From: Hyalangium minutum
Lineage (GTDB): Bacteria; Myxococcota; Myxococcia; Myxococcales; Myxococcaceae
Direction: 5' to 3'
Assembly: GCF_000737315.1 (NCBI RefSeq)
Contig: NZ_JMCB01000003.1
Coordinates: 20,001-268,000, forward strand
Length of the DNA: 248,000 bases
In this document: positions 190,965-201,700 of the stretch, piece after piece
Layout of the letters: each line of letters starts with the position of its first letter
Numbering within the stretch: position 1 is the stretch's first letter
Program-made: the position numbers and the translations under genes
The notes under the pieces: model-generated
What the model was told of the DNA's origin: nothing
What the model saw: the letters and a program-made list of their open reading frames with translations, nothing else
Database searches by the model: none

Positions 190965-191804
190965 ATGGCGCGATGCGTGTTCCTGTCTGTTCTGGTGTTG
191001 CTCTCGGGCTGTGCCACTTCGCGGCTGTCCGGTGCGGAGCTCGACCGTGTGGTCCAGCCCGCCTTCATCTCCCGCATTGAAATCGAGGCCGGTCCCAAGA
191101 GCCTCGTCTTCCGCGAGGACGATGCGTACGGCGACAAGCTCAAGAAGCTCGAGCCCAAGGAGGCCGATCGCCGTCTCCAGGCCAAGCTCATGAAGGCGGT
191201 GACGCGCTTCGAGATCTCCGAGCGCCTGCGTGTCGGCACGATCCAGCAGCTCCCGCAGGAGCGGCCGTGGACGAACACGGTGGATCCGGCGCGAGTGGCC
191301 TCGGCCCTGGAGAGCTTCCTGGTGGAGGAGGTGCCGGCGAACGCCCCCGACTACGATCTGTTGCTCCCGCTGGGCGTGGACACGGTGGTGGAGTTCGTCA
191401 TCCAGGACTACGGCATGCGCAGCGACAATGGCCACGCGGGTGCGTACGTGAAGGGCTATGGGCGCATGTTCCGGCTGGCGGGCCGGAGTGAGATGTGGCG
191501 CCGGTCTTTCTCGGTGGATCAGATCGAAGCGGGGGAGCCGCACCTGGATCCCCTCAAGGTGGGCAAGGATCCGGATCTGTTCCGCCAGGCCATCACCTCG
191601 CTGCTGGATGTGGTGGCGGAGCAGTTCGCGAAGGATCTGTCGCCCAAGGACCGCCGGGGGGGGCCGCCGCTGCCAGTGGAAGGGGGCCCGGACATCCACG
191701 CGCCATCGGACAGCACGAACCGTACGGGCCGCGAGAATGAGCCGCCTTCGAGAAGGCCGGAGCCAGAGCTGCCCGCGGGCGAGCTGCCGGATCCTGACCC
191801 GTGA
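190965..191804 (+). CDS. hypothetical lipoprotein
   Basis: lipobox LSGC. Confidence 0.6.
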   Translation: MARCVFLSVLVLLSGCATSRLSGAELDRVVQPAFISRIEIEAGPKSLVFREDDAYGDKLKKLEPKEADRRLQAKLMKAVTRFEISERLRVGTIQQLPQERPWTNTVDPARVASALESFLVEEVPANAPDYDLLLPLGVDTVVEFVIQDYGMRSDNGHAGAYVKGYGRMFRLAGRSEMWRRSFSVDQIEAGEPHLDPLKVGKDPDLFRQAITSLLDVVAEQFAKDLSPKDRRGGPPLPVEGGPDIHAPSDSTNRTGRENEPPSRRPEPELPAGELPDPDP

Positions 191805-193171
191805 GAGCCCTGCTGCTCCTGACGGCGTTGACGCTGGGGGCCTCCGCGAGCGCTCAGCCCAAGGAGGAGCCTGTTCCGGAAGGGGTGTTCGGGCTCGCCG
191901 AGATCCGGGTCTTCGTCAGCAGCCCTCTGTGGTTCGCGTGGAAGCTCCCATCGTCGAAGTTTCTCCTCGGCTACGCCCGAGGCCCCGAGGGAAGAGGCCC
192001 CGAGGCGGGGCAGTTCGTCGTGCTCGATGGCAAGGGAAGGCTCGACGCGAAGCAGACCCAAGCCGTCCAGGAGGCGCTCCAGCAGGCGGATGCCTCGGGG
192101 CGCTGCATGGAGGTGAGCGAGCGGAAGATGCCCCTGTTGATGCCTCTGGGCACCCAGGGCGTCGTGCTCCAGTCGAGCTCCGATCCCCAGGGCTCGTGCC
192201 TGTTCACCTGGAACGCCCGCCGTTCAGCCATCGAGGTCCGGGCCGCTGACAGCGTGACGGCCCTCTGCGGGCCTTCGGGCTGTCCTCCCAAGGCATGTTG
192301 GCTCACCGAGGACTGCTGGCTGCCCGAGGCTCCGGACCTGGACACGGCGCGAAAGGGCTTCCATCCCACTTTGCTGGCGCAGTCCCTCATGGAGGACGTT
192401 CCGGCACCGGGGCGCGCTGTGTTGGCGGCGACCCTGCCGGGCGCGGGGAGGGTCCTCGTATGGGTGCCCTCCTGGCGCAGGGCGGACGCGGCGGATTCCG
192501 AGAAGGGCATGGACTCCCGCCTCTACGTCTTCGACCCCCAGAAGAAGGCCATCGATACGGCCATGACGCGGAAGCTCGTGGCGGCGCTCGGGACCGCGCT
192601 GGACGAGTGCCAGGGGCTCGGCACGGTGGCGGAGCTGCAGCAGAGCGGGAAGGGCGTGGAGATTCGCCAGTTCTATGCACCCGGGACGACGCACCTGAAC
192701 TGCTCCAGCACGGTGAGCTGGAAGGGCGGGAAGTTCAGCGTGGAGGCACACCCCTCGGGAGACAGCAGCCTGAGCTCGCTGGCGCGGGAGCAGGAACCAG
192801 GGGCCAGCGACGACCAGGCGCTCGGGCTGTGGAAGTCCGGCAAGCGCGATCTGGCGCTCGCCATGTGGGAGCAGCTCTACGCGCGGGCGGACTACCAGAG
192901 CCCCGGTTTCGCCGACGTCTGCAACAACCTCGGGTTCGCGTACTGGACGCTGACGGAGTTCAAGAAGGCCGAGGAGGTATTGCTCGACTGCGAGAAGTCC
193001 TTCCCGGCCCGCGCGACGATCCAGCTCAACCTGGGGGACGTCTACCGCGACACCGGTCGCGCCAAGGAGGCGATGGAGCGCTACCAGCACTTCCTCGAGA
193101 TGGAAGGGGGAACGCCCCAGCAGCGCAAGGCCGCCGAGAAGAGCCTCGAGCGGCTCAAGGGGCGTCCCTGA
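191801..193171 (+). CDS. exported TPR protein
   Basis: signal peptide; C-terminal NNLG..NLGD TPR. Confidence 0.6.
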   Translation: MRALLLLTALTLGASASAQPKEEPVPEGVFGLAEIRVFVSSPLWFAWKLPSSKFLLGYARGPEGRGPEAGQFVVLDGKGRLDAKQTQAVQEALQQADASGRCMEVSERKMPLLMPLGTQGVVLQSSSDPQGSCLFTWNARRSAIEVRAADSVTALCGPSGCPPKACWLTEDCWLPEAPDLDTARKGFHPTLLAQSLMEDVPAPGRAVLAATLPGAGRVLVWVPSWRRADAADSEKGMDSRLYVFDPQKKAIDTAMTRKLVAALGTALDECQGLGTVAELQQSGKGVEIRQFYAPGTTHLNCSSTVSWKGGKFSVEAHPSGDSSLSSLAREQEPGASDDQALGLWKSGKRDLALAMWEQLYARADYQSPGFADVCNNLGFAYWTLTEFKKAEEVLLDCEKSFPARATIQLNLGDVYRDTGRAKEAMERYQHFLEMEGGTPQQRKAAEKSLERLKGRP

Positions 193172-193192
193172 GCCGCGCTTGTACCCGCCGGG

Positions 193193-193816
193193 TCAGCCCT
193201 TCGGGTTTCCCCCCGAGCTCGGCGGTCCGGCATAGCCGCCCTCCGCCAAGCGCTCGCCGCTTATCTGGTAGAGCTCGGCCGTGTGGTGCCCCACGCCGGT
193301 GGCGTCGATCCACCGGTTGTAGAAGTTGAACAGGGCGCAGACGTTGATGGCGTCGTAGATGGCCTCGTCGGACCAGCCGGTGGCCTTCACCGCGTCCATG
193401 TCCTCCTGGCGGATCTTCCCGGGCGAGAGGTTCACCTTCTCCAGGAAGGTGAACAACGCCCGTTCGGCCTCCGAGATCGGAGCCGTGCGGTGATCGTCGA
193501 GGACCGCCTCGACCTTCTTCTCGTCTCCCAGCAGCTTCGCCGCGACCGCGGCGTGAGAGTTCGTTCAAAACAAACAGAAGTTGCCGCGCGAGGTGAAGGC
193601 GGCAATCAGCTCGCGCATGCCCGCGGACAGGGGCGAGGGCCCTCGCATGACCTCCTGGGTGAACTCAGACAGCGCATTCGTGACCTTGGGCTTGAATGCG
193701 AACAGGTGCCAGATGCGAGGGAAGGGCCTGCCCGCTTCGCGGGCCCGGCGGATCAGCTCCCCGTAGTGCCCGGTGCCTTCATAGGCTTCGATGCCCTTCA
193801 GAAACATCGGATCCAT
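193193..193816 (-). CDS. AhpD/carboxymuconolactone-decarboxylase-like selenoprotein (UGA-Sec at 193565-193567)
   Basis: two ORF-track pieces are in the same frame; RELIA..TS..NFCLF-UGA-TNSHA gives CxxU; selA in window. Confidence 0.85.
193538..193553 (-). promoter_or_regulatory. bacterial SECIS-like hairpin
   Basis: CGCCGC-GGUC-GCGGCG starting 11 nt 3' of the UGA. Confidence 0.75.
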
Positions 193817-193831
193817 AGAACCTCTTCTCGC

Positions 193832-194758
193832 TCAAGGTGACGTCGCTGGCGCGGGTTGGATCTCCGCCAGCACTTTCTCGTCGATGTGGATCTGCGCACG
193901 CTCGCGCAGTTGGTGGACCAGCGTCTCCAGGGCCTGCGTGCGCCGCTCGGACAGCAGCCGGGTGGCGATGCGATCCTTCACCGACTCCAGCGGGTTGTTC
194001 AAGCCCGCCTGACGCAGCGTCAGCTTGAGGAGGTGGAAGCCTCTCTCCGTCTCCACCAGCGGCCCCACTTCCTGCGGCGACTGGAGCGTGAAGGCCGCCT
194101 GCGCCAGTGCCGTTCCCCACGCTTGCGACAGCTCCTCCGCTGTCCTCGGGCCCAGATCTCCACCCTGCGCCTTGCTGGCCGCATCATCCGAGCGCTCTCG
194201 TGCCAGCGCCTCGAAGCCGTCCTGGCCCGGAGCTCCGGTGGGCGCGCGCACCTTCGCCAGCAGCGCCAGCGCCTCCGCCTTCACTTGCGGCCGCCGGGCG
194301 TCTCCCGCCGCCGCCGCCAGGAAGATGTGGCTCATCCGCACCTGCTCCGGCCGGACGAACTCAGCCCGGTGCTCCTCGTAGTACTGGCGCACCTCCGCCT
194401 CGGACGGAGGCTTCATCTCCTCCGTCACCTGCTTGACCAGCCGTTGGACGATCAGCTTGCGCAGTGCCTGCTGGACCTCGGCGTCCTTGTCCAGGCCTCG
194501 GCGCTCCGCCTCCTGCGCCAGCACCTCGAACTGGATCATCCCGTCCAGGAACTCCTGCTTCCGCTCCACCGTGGTGTAGCGGCCTCGGATGAAGGGCGCC
194601 TGCTCGTCCAGCCGCTGCTTGTACTCCTCCGCCGTGATCGCCGAGGTCCCCACCGTGGCCACCACGGGCTCCGCGGGACGATCCTTCTCCTGCCCACGGC
194701 ACCCCAGGCCCCCCACCAGGCCCAGCACGCAGCAGGCCAGGAACACGCGCTCCGTCAT
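193832..194758 (-). CDS. parvulin-type peptidyl-prolyl isomerase lipoprotein
   Basis: lipobox GLGC; MSHIFL, ARERSDD..SK.QGGDLG, GFHLLK. Confidence 0.85.
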   Translation of the reverse strand: MTERVFLACCVLGLVGGLGCRGQEKDRPAEPVVATVGTSAITAEEYKQRLDEQAPFIRGRYTTVERKQEFLDGMIQFEVLAQEAERRGLDKDAEVQQALRKLIVQRLVKQVTEEMKPPSEAEVRQYYEEHRAEFVRPEQVRMSHIFLAAAAGDARRPQVKAEALALLAKVRAPTGAPGQDGFEALARERSDDAASKAQGGDLGPRTAEELSQAWGTALAQAAFTLQSPQEVGPLVETERGFHLLKLTLRQAGLNNPLESVKDRIATRLLSERRTQALETLVHQLRERAQIHIDEKVLAEIQPAPATSP

Positions 194759-194875
194759 GTCGCTCCCATCGCTGATCTCGCGGACCGGATCCAGCGAGGC
194801 ATTTACCTGTAGCCAACATACAACGGGAAGTCCTAGGGTCTTCACTTCCGGTCATAGGAGGCGTGGAAGGAGCCT

Positions 194876-195787
194876 GTGGCTACGGGAGGTTGTGTGCGGC
194901 GCTGTCTCGGGTGCCTGATCGTCATCGTGGCGGCCTGTACCTCCGAGGCTCCCAGCACGGCTGGGGCCGACGCGGGCCGTCCCGTGGGCACCGTCGTGGG
195001 CCGCTTCGCAGGAGCCGAGGTCCTCACGGCCGAGGAGGTCTCGCGCGAGGCGGCGCGGCTGCCCCCCGCGCTCCGGGAGCAGTTCGAGACTCCCGCCGGC
195101 CGCCGTGAGTTCGCCCGCTCGCTGATCGACAAGCGCCTCCTGGTGCGCGAGGCCCAGCGCCGGAAGCTGACCGAGGATCCCGAGCTCCGCCGTCAGGTGC
195201 GCGAGTTGGAGGAGCGGCTGGCGGTGCAGGCGCTGCTGGCCCAGGAAGAGGCCGCCGCCGGGAAGCCCTCGGAGCAGGAGCTCCGAGCCTGGTTCGACTC
195301 GCACCGCGCGGAGCTGGCCCGGCCGGAGCAGGTGAGGGTGGGCCGTATCCTCGTGAACGTGGGCGCGAAGGCCTCCGAAGCGGAGCGCACCCGGGCCCGG
195401 CAAAAGGTGGAGGCGGCGGCAGCGCGGCTGCGGCGCGGCGAGTCCCTGGCGAAGGTGGCCCCGGAGGGTGAAGGCCCCGAGCGGATGAAGGGCGGAGAGC
195501 TCGGGCTGGTGGTCCGTGGAGGCGGGCTCGAGCCTTCCCTGGAGCAGGCCGCTTTCGCCCTGGAGCGCCCAGGCGCTGTGTCCGCGGTGGTGGCCCTGCG
195601 CGAGGGCTTCGCGGTGCTCACGCTCCTGGAGCGTAAGCCGCCGCGCGTGCCCACCTTCGAGGAGGTCCGCGCCGAGGTGGAAGGCCGCTTCGCTCCCGCG
195701 CACAAGCGGCAGATGTTCGATGCGCTTCTGGAGCGGCTGCGCCAGGAGGCCGGTGTCGAGCTCGTGGAATCCCGGGAGGCCCCATGA
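194876..195787 (+). CDS. parvulin/SurA-like lipoprotein (degenerate active site)
   Basis: lipobox VAAC; GRILV, KGGELG, GFAVL (both His absent). Confidence 0.75.
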   Translation: MATGGCVRRCLGCLIVIVAACTSEAPSTAGADAGRPVGTVVGRFAGAEVLTAEEVSREAARLPPALREQFETPAGRREFARSLIDKRLLVREAQRRKLTEDPELRRQVRELEERLAVQALLAQEEAAAGKPSEQELRAWFDSHRAELARPEQVRVGRILVNVGAKASEAERTRARQKVEAAAARLRRGESLAKVAPEGEGPERMKGGELGLVVRGGGLEPSLEQAAFALERPGAVSAVVALREGFAVLTLLERKPPRVPTFEEVRAEVEGRFAPAHKRQMFDALLERLRQEAGVELVESREAP

Positions 195788-198700
195788 GCTTACCGGGTGG
195801 ACGCATGCTGCGTGCCGCCGCGCTGCTCGCGCTGGTGCTGCCGCTCACGGCGTGGTCCGCCACGGTGACCGCGGCCTTTCCCCTCGTTCCCCTGAGGCCG
195901 GGCGCTACGACCGCGGAGGTGGGGGTCGAAGTCCAGGGGCCCGCGGAGCAGGTGCTGATCTCGGTCACGGGCCAGTCCGCGTCCCGGGGATCCTTCGCCT
196001 CGCTGGCCAACGTGGTGGTGGATCGGGATCAGGCCGGGGCCGTGTCCTTCCATACGCTCGTGACGTTCTCCCAGCCGTTCCCGGAGGATGGCGTGCTGGA
196101 GGTGGTCGCCCGGCCTGTGGGAGACGGAGAGGACACCTCTCTCACCACGCGCTTCGATGCCGCGGCCCCGCCGCCTCGCTTTGGCCCAACGCCCCTCCGT
196201 GTGCGGGCCGATCTCGACAACCAGACGATCATCCTGGAGCTGGCCTACGCGGGGAACGCGGTGGCTGCCGAGGCCTCCGTGGTGGGCGCCTCCGCCGAGG
196301 AGCTTCGCCGCGTCCAGGGCAGCCTCGAGGACGTCGAGCCCGTCTCCTTTGTCCAGGCCCGCCGCCTCCTGGCCCGGCCCTCCACCGCTACGCCGGGCCG
196401 CATCGTCTTTGCTGTTCCCCTGGGCACCGCGCCGATCCCTCATGACGGCGTGGTGATCGCGGATGTGGCGCTGAGGGATGCCTTCGGCCGCACGGTGCAC
196501 ACCTCGGCCGTCGAGTTCACCCAGGCCACCGCGTTCGATCCCGTGGTGGGTGTGTCCGTGGAGCCCTCGCCGCTGCTGCTCTCCGAGGGCTTCGGCCAGC
196601 GCGTGCCCCTGCAGGTAGCGGGCAGCTTCGCCATCGCGGGTGAGGTGGATCTGTCCGGTGCGCACCGGGGCGTGCAGTACCGCTCGCTGGACGAGGGCGT
196701 GGCCTCCGTCACCGAGGATGGTCAGGTGGTCGCTCGCGCCAATGGCGAGACGGACATCGAGATCTCCTACGCGGGCTACACCGCCACCGCGCATGTGGTG
196801 GTGGACTCCTCGGCGGTGGTGGAGCGGCTGGAGGTGATGCCGGAGGCTCCCGTCATTCCGCGCGTGGGAGGCTCGATCCGGCTGGGCCTGGAGGGCGTGC
196901 TGAGCGACGGGCGCCGGGTGGATCTGTCCTCCCGCACGCTGGGCACCACCTGGAGCAGCCTGGATCCCAGCGTGCTCACCGTCCACTCGGATGGGCGCGC
197001 GGTGGGCCTGCGCCCGGGCACCGCACGCGTGGAGGCCCGCAACGCCGGCTACTCCGCCCTGCGCGTCGTGGAGGTGCAGGATGGGCCTCCCGAGATCAGC
197101 CTCTCCGCGCCATCTCAGGTGGTGGAGGGTGCCGACTTCGAGCTCAAGGCTCGCGCCCAGGACGATGTCGCGCTGGCCTTCGTGGAGTTCCTTGTCAACG
197201 GGGTGGTCACCACGCGGCTGACGGCCCCTCCCTTCACGATCAAGCTGCGCGCCCCTCCCGTCGCGGGCGGAGAGATGGTGATCGGGGCGGTGGCGGTGGA
197301 CTCGCATGGCTCGCGGACCCGGGCCACGGACGTCACCTTGAAGGTGCAGCCCGGGCAGGGCGCCAGCTCGAAGACGATCGTCTATGAGACGCCCCTGCCG
197401 GGTGCGCTGCTGCTGGAGGGACTGCCCCACACGGTGAGCCTCACCAGTGGGGACGCGCGCAGTGGCACGCTCTCTCCACAGGACTTCCAGCTCGTCCGCT
197501 ACTACGCGGATGGGGCGCTCCTCGGCACGGTTCGCACGCCGCGCGTCGAGATGCGCAACCTGGAGGAGGATCCCACCGAGCCGCCTGAGTACGTCGCCGT
197601 GCCGCTGTGGGAGCTGAGCTATGTGCCGCGCGCGGGCACCGCCGGCACGGTCGTGGCGCTGTACGCCGAGGCTGTGGATGCCCGGGGTGCCACGGCTCGC
197701 GGGGCCACCATCCTGGTTCGGATCGCGCGGGATGGGCCGCCGCTCGTCACCCTCCGGAGTCCCTCGGGGCCTCGGGTGCAAGCCACTGCGGGCCGCCCCG
197801 TGCAGCTCACGGGCCTTGTCGAGGACGACACCGTGACGCTCGGGGTGGAGCTCTCCCTGTTGGTGGATGGTGCCCAGGTGAGCAGCACGCGGCTGGTAGG
197901 CGAGGGGCTCGGGGGCACCCGCGCGGGCTCCGCGCCCTTCTCGATCTCCTGGACGCCTCCCGTCTCCAGCATCGGCCGGCTCGTGCGGCTGCAGTTCATG
198001 GCCCGGGATGTGGGGGACCACGAGAGCCGCGCCTCACTGGAGGCCTCTGTCGTCGCGGATGCGCCTCCTCAGATCTCCCTCCAGACGCCACCGCCCGGCA
198101 GCCAGGTGCTCGCGGGCACGACGCAGTTCCTCACGGCCTCGGTGGTGGATGACAGCGCGGGGCCTGTCGAGGTGACCTGGCGCGTGAACGGCGTTCCCGT
198201 GGGGGCGTCGCGCTCGCCTCCGTACCGCACCTCCTGGTCCGTCCCCACGTCGGCCGCCGGGAGCACGCTCCAGCTTCAGGCCACCGCGCGGGACTCCACG
198301 GGCAACGAGGCCCAGGCCAGCGGAGAGCTCTTCGTCGTCAGCGACACCACGCGCCCCAGCATCTCCCTCGTGGTGCCGCGCCCGCTGGCGGAGGTGCCGG
198401 AGACACAGGATCTGGTGGTGTCCGTGGCGGGACAGGACGATGCCACCGTCAAGAAGGTGGAGGTGCTGCTGGAAGGGGAGGTGCTGGCCACCGACGATGA
198501 CCCCGGGCCCAACGGAACCCAGCTGGGCTCCTTCCTCACGCACACCCTGGTGCGCTCCGCCCAGCTCATGGGCCGCCAGCAGATCCGGCTGGGAGCGCGC
198601 GCGTATGACGCCTCGGGGAACGTGGGCTCGGCGCCCGAGGTGCTCGTCAAGGTGCTGCCCGATGCGCCGCCCACCGTGCGCTTCGTGCTCCCCGCGGCCA

Positions 198701-201700
198701 ACACGCGGGCCACCATCGGCACGCCGCTGGAGTTGATCGCCGAGGCCGATGACGATGTGGCCGTCTCTTCCGTGGAGTTCTTCGCGGACGGGAACTCTTC
198801 GTGCCGCGCCACGCTCCCGCCCTACCGGTGCACGATCACCGTGACGGGACCCGCCCGGACGCTCCACCTGCGGGCCGTGGCCTCGGATGCTGGAGGGCGC
198901 AGCAGCTCCGCGGAGGTGGCCGTCCAGGTCAGCGAGGATCGTGAGCCGCCGCTGGTGGCCTTCCGCTCTCCGTCCGAGGGCAGCTTCACCTTCGCCGGGC
199001 GGAACCTGTCCGTGGAGGTGGCGGCCAGTGACGACGTGGGCGTGCGCGATGTCCGGTTGGAACTGGACGGGCAGACGGTGGGCACCCAGAGCGGCGGCGT
199101 GGTGGATGGGCTCTACCGCCTCTTCCGCTGGCAGGTGCCCATTCCCGCGGGGGCGGCCGGTCACACGCTGGCATTCAAGGCGGTGGCCACGGACACCTCG
199201 GGCCTCACGCGCGAGCGCTTGCTGGAGGTTCGCGCCCGCAGGGATGAGGCGCCCGCTGTCTCGCTCACCTCTCCGGCCCCCAACAGCTTCTATAAGGAGG
199301 GAGAGGACGTCCGGCTCGTGGTGACGGTGGCGGATGACGAGGGCGTCATCGGGCTCGTGGGCCTGTCCGGTGGCCGCAGGCAGGGGACGTTGGCCCAGTC
199401 CGGGCCGCTGCTGGATGTCTCCCGGCCTCAGGCGCTTACCGTCCGCGCGCCCTCCATCTTCCGGGGTGAGCCTCCCACCGTGGGCGCCGAGGCGCGCGAC
199501 ACGGCCGGTCAGTCCGGTGTGGCCACGGTGATGCTGAACGTGGCGAGGGACCTCGAGCCGCCCTCGGCGCTGATGATCTCACCGCTGCCTCCCGCCACCG
199601 GCCACCTCCGGGTGAACGAAGGCGGCGCCTTCTCGCTGCGCGTGGAGGTGGAGGACGACGTGCGCGTGGTGCGCGTCGCGGCGGTGGTGGATGGGCAAGA
199701 GCTGCCCGTCGTGAATGGACGTGAGCCGCTGGGTCCTCAGAACGAGCGCTTCGAGGAGGTGCGTGTCCAGGATCCGGTGATGCCGGGGCAGATCATCGTC
199801 AGCCGCCGCTACCTGGGCACCTTCGCGGGGACGGCGAGCCTGGCGCAGTACTCGGTGGGGCTCCACACGCTGGCGGCCCGGGCCTATGACGCGGGCGGGA
199901 ATGCCACCACCACCCCGGCACTGTCCTTCGAGATCCTCGAGGTGCAGGATCTGGCACCGCCTCGGGTGACCCTGACGCTGGAGGGAGGCCCGGATGAGCG
200001 CACGTGCGTGGCCGGAGCGCCCATGAAGCTGCGGGTCTCCGCCACGGATGACGTGTCGATCCGGGAGGCTTCGGTCACCTTCGAGGGCCAGCCCGTGACG
200101 ATCCGAAACCCTCCGGAGCGCTCGCCTCGGAACTGGCAGGAGGAGATCCCCTTTCAGTTCCCGCCGCTCGGGACGGGCGGCCGCCGGACCGTCACCTTCC
200201 TGGCCCGCGTCACGGATGGAGCCCAGCACACTGGCGTGGTGAGTCGCACTTGCGAGCTGACGCCAGATGGGCCTCCGCAGATCCTGGTGGTGAGCCCCAC
200301 GGCGCGCGCGGCTCTCACGGAGGAAGGCACCGAGCCCGTCCAGGTGGACGTGAGCGATGACGTGGGCGTCCGGCGAGGGCTGAGGGTGCTGTCCACCTCG
200401 GCGGTGGCCGTGCCGGGCATCGGCAGCTTCGAGGTGACGGCGACCGCGGCGCATGAGGGACTGGGCGTCCCGAGCGCCACGCTGATCCCGGGCGATGGGC
200501 CTGGCTTCTCCGTCGAGGCCCTGGAGGGGCGGCTGCTGATCTCTCCGCCAGGGGAGGGGCAGGGGACGGGCACTACCGCACCGGGCCGTCTGCGGCTGAA
200601 CGTGGAGCCTTCTCCCGCGGGGCACGGTGCCTTGGCCCAGGTGCGCTTCCGCTACGTCGTGAAGCCAGGGCACGAGGGCAGCACTGCGCTCCAGTCGTTC
200701 CGCTCCGCATTCCCCGACGGCGTGGGCAGCGTCACGCTCTCCGCGCCTGCCTTCTCCGCGGATCTGTCGTTCCCCTCCCAAGACATCGAGATGGAGGAGG
200801 TGGACATCCAGTTGTCCAAGGCGTCCGCGAACGCCGAGGAACTGGCGGTGACCCGGCTGGGCCTGCGCGGGTGGGGCACGCCGCAGCTCCAGCTCCGTGC
200901 TGAGGCTGCCGGCGAGCGCGTGGCGGTGCAGCGGTGGAACACGGGGGTGGCGCCCTCCCGGCCCGGACAGGTGAAGCGGATCGACGAAGCGGTGTGGCTG
201001 CCTCGGGGGCAGGCGCCGCGGGACTCCCAGCTAACCGTGCTGGCCGAGGATGTGGCCGGGCTCGTGGGCCGCGTGGCGATCCCGATCGTCGCGCGCACGG
201101 ACACGGACCCGCCCACGGCCTCCATCGTCTCCCCCGGCAACGGCGCGTCGGTGGTGGAGGACACTGTCTTCGAGGTCCAGGTGAGCGCCCAGGACAACGC
201201 GCGTCTGGATCAGCTGGAGCTGTGGGTGGATGGGCAGTCGCGCCAGGTGATGCGCGTGGGACCCGGGCCGTCCGGATCGCCTCAGGCGCACCGGTTCTCA
201301 CTCTCCCTGCCGCTGCCGGCCTCGGGGTACCCGGCCGCGCTGTCGGTGGTGGCGCGGGATGGGGCGGGCAATGCCACGGCGTCGGACACAGCCTATGTGC
201401 GTGTCATCCCCGATGTGGCGCCGTCGGTGACGTTCCAGTCGTTGACCTCCGCGGTGGAGTCGTTCACCCGCACCGAGCTGGACAGCGGCTACGTCGTGAT
201501 GCTGCAGGGCGTCCCCGCCACGCTGGGGATGCTGCTGGAGGATGACGCGGGCCTGGCCTCCATGCGCGTCCAGTTCGGCGATCAAGTGGTGAAGGAGGAG
201601 TCCTTCACGGGCGCGCCGCTGACGGCCGGGCGGCAGGTGACGTTCACTCCGCCCGTGGGCCGGGACGGCGCCCCCGTGGTGCTGCTCGTGTCGCTCACGG

